Shown here: positions 39,965 to 52,195 of the stretch, in pieces
How the letters are laid out: the number at the start of each line of letters is the position of its first letter
Position numbering within the stretch: position 1 is the stretch's first letter
Source of the DNA: Octopus vulgaris
Lineage: Eukaryota
Direction of reading: 5' to 3'
Assembly (NCBI GenBank): GCA_951406725.2
Contig: OX597814.1
Span: 178,932,001-178,996,000 of the forward strand
Length of the DNA: 64,000 nt
Notes under the pieces: generated by a model
The model's input: only the letters and a program-made list of their open reading frames with translations
What the model was told of the DNA's origin: nothing
The model's database searches: none
Program-made: the position numbers and the translations under genes

Positions 39965-40085
39965 TGTGGCTTGTCGATGAATATGTTCACTGTAATATAT
40001 TTTTTTGCAAATTGCCATTAAATATGCACAGCATGTAACAATCCGTGTTGGCAGTGGTCTAACCAACGGCAAAGGCAAAAACAAT
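39965..40085 (-). pseudogene. RPTP membrane-proximal-like exon remnant, copy B
   Basis: FAVG*TTANTDCYMLCIFNGNLQKNI../YSEHIHRQAT, cf. FxVG....C.....NGxLxxxTxY. Confidence 0.45.
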
Positions 40086-40127
40086 AGCATAGACAACACG
40101 ATATTCTCAAATTCTATTCTATATCGC

Positions 40128-40379
40128 TGATCACAATGCGCTTCGCATTGTTTTCACCTTCAAATGACGCCACCCCGCTGGCTAAGTGAGCTGGCCAACA
40201 GACGAAAGAGTGAGAGAAAAAGTTGTGGCGGAAGAGTTCAGCACCACCCCCTGCCGGAACCTCGTGGAGCTATAGGTATTTTCGCTCAATAAACACTCAA
40301 AACGCCCGGTCTGGGAATCGAAACCGCGATCCTACGACCGCGAGTCCGCTACCCTAAACTCTGGGCCATTGCGCCTCCA
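40128..40379 (-). mobile_element. SINE family B with 8-bp TSD
   Basis: A/B boxes on the minus strand; TSD tatatcgc. Confidence 0.88.
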
Positions 40380-41399
40380 TATATCGCATTACTAATATAT
40401 TTTAAATTGATGGAGTTTCACCTCAGAAAACGAAGGGATATAGATTAATATACTGAAAAGTTATTGTCAACAGTTACACTAATTCAGCTTCCATACAGTT
40501 CTGTGAACACGAAGAAGAGGTCGAATGCGAAACATTATCTTACACTTTTTGTTTTGCTATAGCAATTTTTTTTCTCACATATTCGTCCAACTATTCCTTT
40601 ACTGATAGCAATAACAAAAATATGAAACCTTTAAACCAATCTAACGTTACAATAGAATTTATTGTCATCACCGCTAAGGTTTAGGCTTACACAAATTTAT
40701 TATTACAAAGGTTCGTAAGCAATTGTTATTTCTGATGTGGTTCTATTATTCTTATTTAGAGTTCGTAGTTCGGTACTTATTTAGAGTTCGGTGTCCTGTA
40801 AACCAACATTAATAGCCTACATGTCTCTTATAAAAAAAAAAGTCAGCTATTTAAGAGAAATGCAAAGTAAATCATAAAAATTATAAGCGTTGTTTTTTAA
40901 AGAGATGGAGATAAAATTGGGAAATACACGTCAAATCAGTGACCCAGCATCACTTTCATTAAGTTAATTGACTTCAGGTAACCAACAGTTCCTATATTAA
41001 AGACGCAGATAAAAAGAAACGCAAAAAGTAAAAAAAAAAGAAAGAAAAAATACAAAGAGAATGACAACAGAAGAACTAATTGAAATTATATTCGTAATGA
41101 AGTTTTGTTTCTATAAAAGAAGCAAGAAAACTAAAAACAAAAAAAATAAAGAATGAATATTAAGGAAAACTAATTATCAGAAATTGTTCGTAATGTCTTT
41201 GTAAATATCTAAAGAGAAAAGACAAACGTACACGCACCGACTTACACATACTCACGCACACCACACACACAGTCACACACATACACACACACACACATAT
41301 GTATATATATATATATATATAAATATATCCACATACACACACAGATATATACATAGGTATATATATATATATACATTTATACAGGTATACATATTTATG

Positions 41400-41438
<39 letters not shown>

Positions 41439-41644
41439 ACACACACAAGTATTTGTATGAGCGCGTGTACACACACGGGCACAAACACATCCACACTTAT
41501 ATGCACGCACTGATACACGCAAACACGCACACACATATATACACACACACACACATATAGATAGTACTGGTAAGTTGTTATTACATCATTCATATTTGTC
41601 AGAGTGACTAATGGTAACTAATAAGTATATAATAATGTCTTAAG

Positions 41645-41712
41645 CGTCTCCCAAAATAAGGCCACATTAACAAATAATGTAATTATTCGCTAATGTGACT
41701 TTATTTTGAGAC
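41645..41712. repeat. Short inverted repeat, possibly a collapsed MITE
   Basis: gtctcccaaaataaggccacatta versus taatgtgactttattttgagac. Confidence 0.5.
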
Positions 41713-41729
41713 TTACTATTCTAGGATCT

Positions 41730-42190
<461 letters not shown>

Positions 42191-42492
42191 ATATCAGGAA
42201 CCTTCTATGTGTAAATACCGCAACTAGCATGATAGATCACAAAGTATATTGTCAACACAAACGCCTTAAATTAAATGACAATAGTACTATTTCGAACAAT
42301 CATAGAAAACAAAATATGCCTCGAAATATTAGCTTAATTAACAGAGAAGCAATTATTTTGCACACACTGAATTCTGAAACACTCAGAGAGGAACTCTAAC
42401 ATGTCGAGCTAAGTGATTGAAATATTGGGCACGTCTTCCTCAAACTACACCCAAACAAGTGGAAATTATCAGTAGTTGTCAGGTTCAATTCA

Positions 42493-42942
42493 GGGATCTT
42501 TTCGGTTTGAACGGCAGTTTTTCTAGCAGTGTCATATGAAATTGTCACCAATAATTATGACCCTAGAATCGATCTATTGCATTTCAATTTCTTTCATGGT
42601 TAGGGTTAGTTAGGGTTAGGGTTAGTTAGGGTTAGGGTTAGGGGTGGGGGAAGGGTATTTTTTATCTTCACAAATGTAAATAAACCCAATATGTTTCTTA
42701 AACGAGGGACATATTCATACGTCACAGAATGCTTTTTAACTCAATAGACGTCACTGATTGGTTGAAATTACAGAAATTGAAGAAAAAAAAAGCAACAAAT
42801 ATCTTACAAACTATAGAATTTTCTCAATAAAGCCAAGAGAAAAAGATGTTTTATAAACACATTCTACCAGTATACGAAGTTTAAAATTTTTTAGTTACCT
42901 AGAAATTATGTTAAAAACTGCCGTTCAAACCGAAAAGACCCC
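42493..42942. mobile_element. 450-bp MITE with 30-bp TIRs, 6-bp TSD and internal telomere-like repeats
   Basis: TIR gggatcttttcggtttgaacggcagttttt (29/30 match at 42913-42942); TSD aattca; (TTAGGG/TTAG)n at 42598-42645. Confidence 0.9.
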
Positions 42943-43387
42943 AATTCAGATATGAAACAAAATAACATCATTATTAATACAAGCAATATAACAGTACACC
43001 TCTTCTCATTTTCTTATTCATAACAAGAAATTAAATGTGAACTGATTTACAGAAGTCTAATGCATCCCAGAGGTGTACACAACCGGGTAATTTTAATATC
43101 ATAACATATAGGTTATTCATTAAGATTCAAACCAACGGAAGAATTGTGACCGTTAAATATGAAAATATTTGCTATATTCTGAAAGCCATGAGTTATATTT
43201 CCATTGTTATAATTAATAGGAAGCCATTCGCATTTATATGATTTAGTTTGAGCTTCACACAAAGGAAATGCAAACAGGAAATTATTACTTTAGTCAGGTT
43301 TGGAAGAGCCTATGTTACCAGCTCAATCAGCAGCTAATAGATATATGATTAAATGAATACATAGATATGCATCTATAGACATCTATA

Positions 43388-43875
43388 CAGAGGTTCGACA
43401 AAATAATGGAAACACCATAAATTTCAAAAATTTTATTTTGATATAGGGTAGGACCGCTTGGATTCTACGAGTTATGGATTCACAGTTTGAATTGTTTCCA
43501 AGGATATTTTGTCCATTCTTCGGCTAAGATAGTCTCCACTACTTGTAGTGATGATGGTGGAAGATATCGACTCCTTACTTGTTTTTCTAAAATGCACCAT
43601 AAATGTTCAATAAATTTGAGATCTGGGGACTGTGGTGGCCAGATAAGTTATTCAACTTCCCTAGAATGTTCCTCGTGTCATTCAGTAACAACTATGACTG
43701 TGTGAATTGGTGCATTATCATCCTGAAAGATTCCGTTCCCTCCGGAAACAGTTCCGCAACCATAGGATGAATTTGATCAGATAAAATATTTAAATAGACT
43801 TGACAATTAATTCTGCCATGAAGAAAAGCCGTTGGGCCGTCGGATTTCCAACATATAGCGCCCCCCCCCAGATCA
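43388..43875 (-). mobile_element. Tc1 (DD34E) transposon 3' remnant with TIR
   Basis: FQDDNAPIHT and LIWPPQSPDLKFIEHLW; terminus TA-CAGAGGTTCGACAAAATAATGGAAACACC. Confidence 0.88.
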
Positions 43876-43901
43876 TTCTGATATTATGTAAATAGAGTAA
43901 T

Positions 43902-44117
43902 TTATCTGTAAATGTATTATGTGACAATTATTCGGTAGCCATGATAAAACTCCGAGTTTCGGATGTCGGGGTGGAAATCCACACCGCCATCTCTTCAGTT
44001 ATCCGGCCATTTTTTCCGATGGCCGGATGAAGACATGGTGGCGTGGATTTCCACCCCGACGTCTGAAACTCGGACTTTCATCATGGCTACCGAATAATTG
44101 TCACATATTACAGATAA
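43902..44117. mobile_element. Fold-back (inverted pLTR pair) PLE-derived element
   Basis: About 100-bp arms 43902-44010 and 44019-44117 with an 8-nt loop; ends at (TA)n. Confidence 0.8.
43943..44003 (-). ncRNA. Type-I hammerhead ribozyme
   Basis: gataa-CTGAAGA-gatg..gtgga.tt.tccac..catc-c-GAAA-ctcggag-TT-ttatc. Confidence 0.75.
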
Positions 44118-44122
44118 GTATT

Positions 44123-44180
<58 letters not shown>

Positions 44181-44850
44181 AAGGCAGACAGGCAGATTTA
44201 TATGTCAGCGTGTGTATGTATGTATATATGTATGTATGCATGCATGCATGCATGTATGTATGTATGTATGTATGTATGTATGTATGTATGTATGTATGTA
44301 TGTATGTATATATGTATGTATGTAGGTAAATATGATCTATGCACTTACATTGGTGACTATAAAAGTCATAGTCTTGCTCAGTGATATACGTAAAAAAATA
44401 GTCTGTGGCAAGCTGACGAGTAAATTTTTAATGGCTGCAAATGTGTACCATAAAAAAATAGAACGTTTATATAAATAAAATAAAAACTGTACGGTGTAAA
44501 GTTCTTTTGCAATTCTAAATGTGAAGCTACAATCTTTGAACATTGCCAGTTTATATGTGATTTTCGTGACTTACTTTTATTTGTTTTTTGCTTCATGCAT
44601 CAAAAATTGCAGGCCAGTGTATTTATTATATGGTGTCTTTTGTACCAATTTACATGATCGGCTTCAGAATACAAACACGTTGATAAAGATAATATTTGCC
44701 ATCACTTACATTATTTCATTCAACTTCCTGTTCCTTCCTACACATCGTTCACACCTTCGTGCATGCTGTATATATATATATATATATACAGAGAAAGAGT
44801 GAGAGAAAGAGAGACAGAGACAGAGACAGACAGACAGAGAGCCAATGCAC

Positions 44851-45195
44851 ACATATGAGAGGAAGAAAAAATGGAATTCAAGTGATTCTGTATTAATCAC
44901 TACCGACGTTTCGACCCATCGAGTACCGGTGCCACGCTGGTGAGGTGCATCACACCAGCAAGCCGTTCAGGTGCATCACCCAGCGCAGATGAGATTCGCC
45001 AGAGGTCATTTGTAAAGGAACCCTGATCATTAAACTCGGTTTCGCTTAGTTTGATTATTACATTTCGTAATTTACCGGTTGCTGGTTCTATACAATGGTG
45101 ATCACCCACAAGGAACCGATGCACGAAGGGTCGAAACGATCTTAGTGATTAATAAAGAATCTCGTTAATTTCACTTTTCTTTCTTTCGTATGTTA
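44851..45195. mobile_element. Older element with ~80-bp inverted termini, probably PLE-derived
   Basis: gattctgtattaatcacta..cgtttcgaccc versus gggtcgaaacg..tagtgattaataaagaatc. Confidence 0.6.
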
Positions 45196-45394
45196 TACAC
45201 TTGACTAATATGACGGAATTTCTGAAGTAAATTCAGTGGCACTTATCCGTACAGTTTCATGATTGTGAACGTGCACTAAACAGCATACTATCATGTTCTA
45301 CCCAATTTTAAATTTTTTACTTAATTATATACACATATATACTTAGTTATGACATATGTGTTTATGGGTTTTAACATGGAGAGTATGTTCTGAA

Positions 45395-45705
45395 TGCGTC
45401 ACCCATCCAGTTTAGATAAAGATCAGGTACTGCCGTACTTTGGGAGTCAAATCACCATTGGCTACTTAATGTTTTGTCAAAAGAGATTTACACGGAAATG
45501 TGGTAGACATTTTCAAAAAGCACCTTGAACATTTACTGTCCAAGATCTCAGAGAAACATACATACAGCATCAAGGAAAGAAATTCCAACGAGAGCAGCAG
45601 TATCAATCTCCCTTAATCGCCAAACACCAAGCATATGAGAACGGTCGTAGAAAGGTAGATAGCATTGGAGTTACCCCAGCACTGCAAGCCTTAGTCTGAA
45701 ATGCA
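45395..45705 (+). mobile_element. 3' end of a CR1/L2-group LINE
   Basis: RDLHGNVVDIFKKHLEHLLSKI..RAAVS C-terminal motif; tail ccccagcactgcaagccttagtctgaaa. Confidence 0.6.
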
Positions 45706-46595
45706 TGAGTCTATACACGAAAATATAACATAGGCTCCCACTTACCATTATTTACTTCCTTTCTTGTAAGTAAACGTGAAGTAGACCTGAACATTTTTTG
45801 CTTTTCTTTGTGGAACTTATCCGAGTGCCATATTTAATATTCTTTCTTAAAACCACTTCTGTAGAGGCCTTCACTTTTGTAGGCGAAATTAGAATTTGCA
45901 AATCCAGATTTGACATTGACTAGATGTAACTTGAACTTAATTAAATCATCTTATTGATTATGCATCTTGTATTCAACCAACCACAATACAATTGCATCTG
46001 TAATCGTGATTTTCTAAACAGAGAAAAATTATACTATTATCGTTTCGGCGTATTCTTCCACACCTAAGGATAAAAATTATACATAAGTAACGTTTTCGAC
46101 CGTTAAGGCGAGTTCTTCGATTACATCGATAGAAACCGCATTATATGTACAAAGTGCACATGTTATTACTTGTATATAGATGCAATATATCATCCTGAAA
46201 CGACAACATACCATCATTAAGATTGAATGACAAGTTAGAAAATGACCACGTCTGGTGTAACTTTGATCATAAATATGGACAATGAGAGATGACTTGAGGT
46301 TACACGCCAAGTTCACCATCAATACAATCGCCACCAACGCAACGACATCATTACTGCAATCATGATCATGATCATCATCATCATCATTAACACCAAAATC
46401 AAGTCATTGTGAATATCAACCCGTAATACGAAACGGAATGAATCATTTAATATCTCTTTTTATCGACTTCATACGTTGTTTTGTATTTGAGGAACCTGTA
46501 CGTGATAAGTTTTCAGAAATGCTAATCAAATTCTGAATACAGTCTGGCATTCCACAATGAGAAACACTTTCAAAATTTCTCTTCCTTCCATATAC

Positions 46596-46671
<76 letters not shown>

Positions 46672-48579
46672 GTATATATGAATATATATGTATGTATGTA
46701 TGTTTATAAATGTATATATATCAATAAATATATATATACATACATACATGTACATGCATATATATATTGTGTGTTGGTTTGCTTATAAACATTTATACAT
46801 ATGTTTGCCCGTTTTGTGATCCTTACTTTTCGGATGACAACTCTCTTACATCCCCGTCTCATTCCAGTCTGCTATTTTGGCAGTAGTATATATAATATGA
46901 AGAGGCATTTCATCGTATTTCTTCGCTTGTTTCATAATGATTACCAAACAATGCATTTTGGATACCCTTATTTTTGTATGTGTGTAGACTTTTGATGTGA
47001 AAGTTAGGAACATGTGGCCTCATAGTTACGAAACTAGTAATTATAAATTATAATATGGAAATTATAAAATTCAGGATAAAAACACTTTTTTTTAATCGTA
47101 TGTTCAATTTTGCTCTTACACTTCCTATATTCTTGGCTAAAGCATAACGTGAATAACATGTCTTGTTGGGTATATCATGGTGGGATTAAATTTTGCTCGC
47201 TTTCTGAAATATTTCATCCGTGTAGAGACTGTGCATTCTCAAGTTTAAAAGACAGTTATGAAAAACAACTCCCTATATTTAATTATATATTAACAGAAGG
47301 CAAAGTAAGTGAGAAATACTGAAAACAATTCTGAGGTGAATCTATATATGCATAAGTGGTAAGTTTGTACCATATATATATATATTATCAACACTCATCA
47401 CGATGATTGACACACAATCCTCTATTTTAAAGGAAATAGAAAAACAGTCTACAGACGGAAAACTTGGAAATGAACATATAAACTCTGGAATTAAGAATTT
47501 AGCTGAAATGACACCAACAACTGTAAAATCTACAACAGAAAGCCTATCACAACCTCCTTGGATGTCAGAAATAAACGAAAGAAATCTGGGAAAAGAGGCA
47601 CACCGAAAAAGAGAAGAGATACGGAAGACATGGAAAAAAACTTCTTAACATAAGAAAACAAAACTTCTGGAAGGCATATAAATGCGAAAAATATGCTGAA
47701 ATATATTCTAAATGGATATTTTTTGCGGCACCCATACTTACTCGGAAGTACCTAATTAATGAAATTGCAGGAGAACCAGAGGAAGAAACAAAACTGCGAT
47801 GGGATCTTAATTTGATAAAATTCAGGACAGACATCTCCATTACCCTGTCTAAACAATCCCGCTGCAAAGCCAAATACGAAGCTATCGATGAATATCCAAA
47901 CTAACGACCGGCAGTATAGCAGAAAAAATGCGAGAACTATGGACCAGAGATATCTCAAAAGAAGAAAGCAGATCAAGAAAGTTTTGGCAGCTGAAACAAT
48001 TATTTCTCGACAAATATGCTACAAATTGCGGTAAAGACACCATAACTCTGAGAAGTAGCATTAAAAGTGGACAACTTCACCAAAGCAACATAGGCCAGAA
48101 CACGTGGCAACATGAACACCCGTTTCACCACGAATCGAAGATGAACTACGGTAAGAACTTTTCCTTTTTGTATGCAAACATCCTATATGCACACAACATG
48201 AACAAAAAGCACAAACAAAATAGATATTCCTCTAATCAGACCATTAGCAGTAGAAATAACAGGAGATCATTTTCAAGACCTCAACAGAAATTACCCACAA
48301 GAAACTGCACAAAAAACTGATCTAGATCTGGAAGTAAACCCAGATCATTTCCTCAAACAAAAATACCCATCTCTACTTATAGAAAATGGCATACAGCGGG
48401 CTATAAAAATACCCATACAACAACTTAAAACAACCCAAGGAAGAGGAAAACAAGAACAATTCATACCATTCATAGCGACACACAACCCATGTCACCAGAA
48501 TATCTTCAACATTGCCAAAGCAAACCTACCAATCATTGCTCAAAGTAATGAATTAAAAGATATAATCACGGATCGAGCT

Positions 48580-49044
48580 ATGGTTCTTAGTAAAAGACAG
48601 CCTAAAAACTTGAAAAAATTACTAACAAAGGCAAAATTTGACCTTAGCAACAAAGACCAAACATTCACTGTATCTAAATGCAATGATTGCCGATTCATAC
48701 ATACCGGCCAATATATAAACACAAAAACCGGGAAAATATTCACAAACGCGAATATGAAGTGCAACAGCAGAAACTTAATTTGCTGCATCAAATGCCCAAA
48801 TTGTGAAGAAATATATGTAGGTCAGACGGGAAATGCACTATCAGAACGCTCACGTGTACACCGACAACAGATTAGAGACCCAGAGGTCCGTCAGATACCT
48901 TTGAGTAACCACCTAGCAAAATGTGATCGGAAAATATATATGATATTTCCATTCTACAAATTACACAGCCCAAGTGAAATCGAGAGGAAAGTCAGAGAAA
49001 AAAAATGTATTGATAAATTCGAACCCAAGCTAAATAAGCAATAA
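48580..49044 (+). CDS. Open GIY-YIG endonuclease fragment of the PLE (not an independent gene)
   Basis: 154-aa ORF with LICCI..YVGQT, conserved R, H, E and terminal LN. Confidence 0.7.
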   Translation: MVLSKRQPKNLKKLLTKAKFDLSNKDQTFTVSKCNDCRFIHTGQYINTKTGKIFTNANMKCNSRNLICCIKCPNCEEIYVGQTGNALSERSRVHRQQIRDPEVRQIPLSNHLAKCDRKIYMIFPFYKLHSPSEIERKVREKKCIDKFEPKLNKQ

Positions 49045-49474
49045 TAATAATAATAATAATAATACTTAGAGGTACTACTTCTACTGCTACGCCCATGACC
49101 ACTAACAACAACAGCAATACTAAAGGTGATCAAGATGAAGATAACAGGAAAATTATCTTATTTAGGGTTAAAAGTTCAATGATGATGATGACAATTGAAA
49201 TATAAAAATCTCTTACAAAGGCTATCTACAACATTTCTAAAATTAGCCCAACAATTACTGCCTCGGCCAGGGTTAAGATACTGGACACTTGACATGTTCA
49301 ACAAAGCGTGACGCCTAAACCAACCAATCAGCTTAAGTAATTGGGTGATGCTACACACTGATTGGTCAGAATACAGTTTGCAAAACCTAGCAATCTGGAG
49401 CCCACACAACTGTATTTATGGTACATATTTAACCATCTCGCTACAGTAAAAAATTGTGAAGCATGACTACTACA

Positions 49475-49519
49475 TGAACCTTAAGATTGCATAATTTAAT
49501 GCATGAAAGTACTAGTTCA
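49475..49519 (+). ncRNA. Hammerhead ribozyme with one core mutation, in the PLE terminal repeat
   Basis: tgaac-CTtAAGA-t-tgcat..atgca-t-GAAA-gtac-TA-gttca; stem III palindrome AGTACT. Confidence 0.7.
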
Positions 49520-49678
49520 ATCAGAATGAACATTCAACATTCTATTATTTTATTTTATTTTATTTTATTCTATTATCTTATATTATATCATTATAAGATT
49601 GTAAATAAAACGTGAAAATCAGACAAGGTTGGAATTCCTTTTATTAATGTATTCTTCAATACACAATCACACACACCC

Positions 49679-50171
<493 letters not shown>

Positions 50172-50282
50172 GGTAGTATCAGCACCAAGCGGTATTTAAG
50201 CATAAGCGAACATTAACTTAGTTGGAATATGTTTGTGACATATTTAAACTTCTAGAGTCAAATTCCCTGTCACTTTCGAACA

Positions 50283-50391
50283 AGAAGAAGAAGAAGAAGA
50301 AGAAGAAGAAGAAGAAGAAGAAGAAGAAGAAGAAAAAGAAGAAGAAGAAGAAGAAGAAGAAGAAGAAGAAGAAGAAGAAAAAGAAGAAGAA
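50283..50391. repeat. (GAA)n microsatellite
   Basis: Direct inspection. Confidence 0.97.
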
Positions 50392-50849
50392 ATGTTGATA
50401 ATGGTAACGACTCAATTGCACACTGTAAATAAAAAATATACCCATAAAAAAAGCATTATATAAAATTATTTTTGTCATATTGTCGACACATTTATTGTAG
50501 CGGTGTGTTACAAATTGCTATCATAACATTGAATGTTTGTTAATACGATAAACTATCAATTAGGAGAAATTTAAAGTTTTATTGCTAAATATCGATTCAG
50601 TGTATAGAAAAATATTAATATGGAAAAAAAAACTAAGAGGGCAACGATCGACAACATTATTTACTAGACTGTGATTAATTGGTATATAAGTTAGGGATAA
50701 TCGTTACAGAGAGTTGATGTTAGAAGAAATTTACCCAACGCTTTTCTTGAAATTCTCAATATAGATTATATACTAATATAAAATCATGGAAATCAAATTT
50801 ATTAATCTTTTAGAGTAAAAAAGTAAATATAAGTAGCGCAGTAAATGTA

Positions 50850-51012
50850 GGGGTAGGCGTGGCTGTGTGGTAAGAAGCTTGCTTCCCAAACACAATGCTC
50901 CGGGTTCAGTCCAACTGCGTGGCACACTGGACAGGTGCCTTCTACTATAGCCTTCAGCCGGCATAACAACTTGTGACTGGAACTGGTAGACACAAACTGA
51001 AAGAAACCCGTC

Positions 51013-51097
<85 letters not shown>

Positions 51098-51345
51098 TGT
51101 GTGTGTGAGTGAGTGTGTGTGTGTGTGTGTCTGTGTCTGTGTCTGTGTGTATGTATTAAGTATTGTGCATAAGTTTGTGTGCCTGTGCTTGCCCCACCAT
51201 CGCTTGACGTAAAGATACCAACCGTTATTGGTATCTTTACGTCCCCGTAACCTAGCGGTTCGGCAAAAGGCACCGATAGAATATGTAGAGTCCAAGAAGT
51301 AAATATAACAAGTAATAATAGATGCTTAAAAGCGATTCCTAACAA
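50850..51345 (+). mobile_element. SINE family A with expanded central microsatellite
   Basis: Head ggcgtggctgtgtggtaag..gggttcagtcc on the + strand; body gtccccgtaacctagcggttcggcaaaag. Confidence 0.85.
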
Positions 51346-51769
51346 TTGCAAACTTGTTTATCCTCAAATAAAATACGACTGTAACAATTTTCCAATTATT
51401 ATTTACTATGAAAATCCGTCGCCTGATATTCGTTAACCGGTAGTTACTATGTTTGCATTGAAATCTGGGAACTTTGAGGGGCCTTTTCTAAAGTGACTTT
51501 GAAATAATTTTAACTATGTAGTTAAAAAGAATTTTGAGGGCGAATGAGGAAAACTGCGTACTCTATTGTGCAATCTATTATATAGTTTAGCAATAAAACT
51601 GACTTTTTGGTGCATTTAGTTTAAGCCATAAATAGCAAATGCGTTGAAGAAATATTCACTTGTAGATTTTTAACAACATACAATTAAACTGATGTCTCAG
51701 TATATCACAGATGCAACTCTGAGGAATCTAGCTTTTAGAAAGCAACACTATATTTAATGTCTGATCACA

Positions 51770-52020
51770 CATTTAGCACCACCAATCTCGAATGTTACGG
51801 CTTCACTAACATCGATACTATATAAGATCAGGATGGAAGGAATTACCTCAATAAAGATGTGTATAACTAAGATAGATAAATGAATACTTGCAAGATTTTT
51901 AAATAGCACCGTCATACTTGCACACTTATACGCGCACAAAAATGAAGAATGAAAACCATTGACCGTCACGACTAAAATGGCTGAGTAGGTCCATGATGAG
52001 AATAACATTACTAGAGCGCA
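51770..52020 (-). pseudogene. FN3-like exon remnant
   Basis: LFSSWT..VNGF..TVLFKNL..IFIEV..SEAVT follows the FN3 strand pattern. Confidence 0.3.
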
Positions 52021-52195
52021 TTTGAAAACAAATAGTTCAAAAACGGAGTCGAGTAAACGATGTGATCACAGAACACTGAAACACAAGTGAGTGGGATTGA
52101 CTCAGTGCACAGCCTTTCCTCACTTAAAAAAAATCTTCTTGCACAGGCATTGCACGATAACAACATTGATTAAGCTTCGTGCAATGGCCATACAT

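Larger units (their letters stand above)
47385..49660 (+). mobile_element. Neptune-like PLE with the RT core deleted; GIY-YIG ORF and terminal repeat retained
   Basis: IPFIATHNP..KRQPKNLKKLL..CNSRNLICCIKCPNCEEIYVGQTGNALSER..VHRQQI..RE..FEPKLN; N-terminal remnant at 47400-48230; no RT motifs in between. Confidence 0.9.

Noticed and set aside
42598-42645. Chromosome end or telomere fusion site
   Set aside because: The short tract lies inside a TIR/TSD-bounded MITE.
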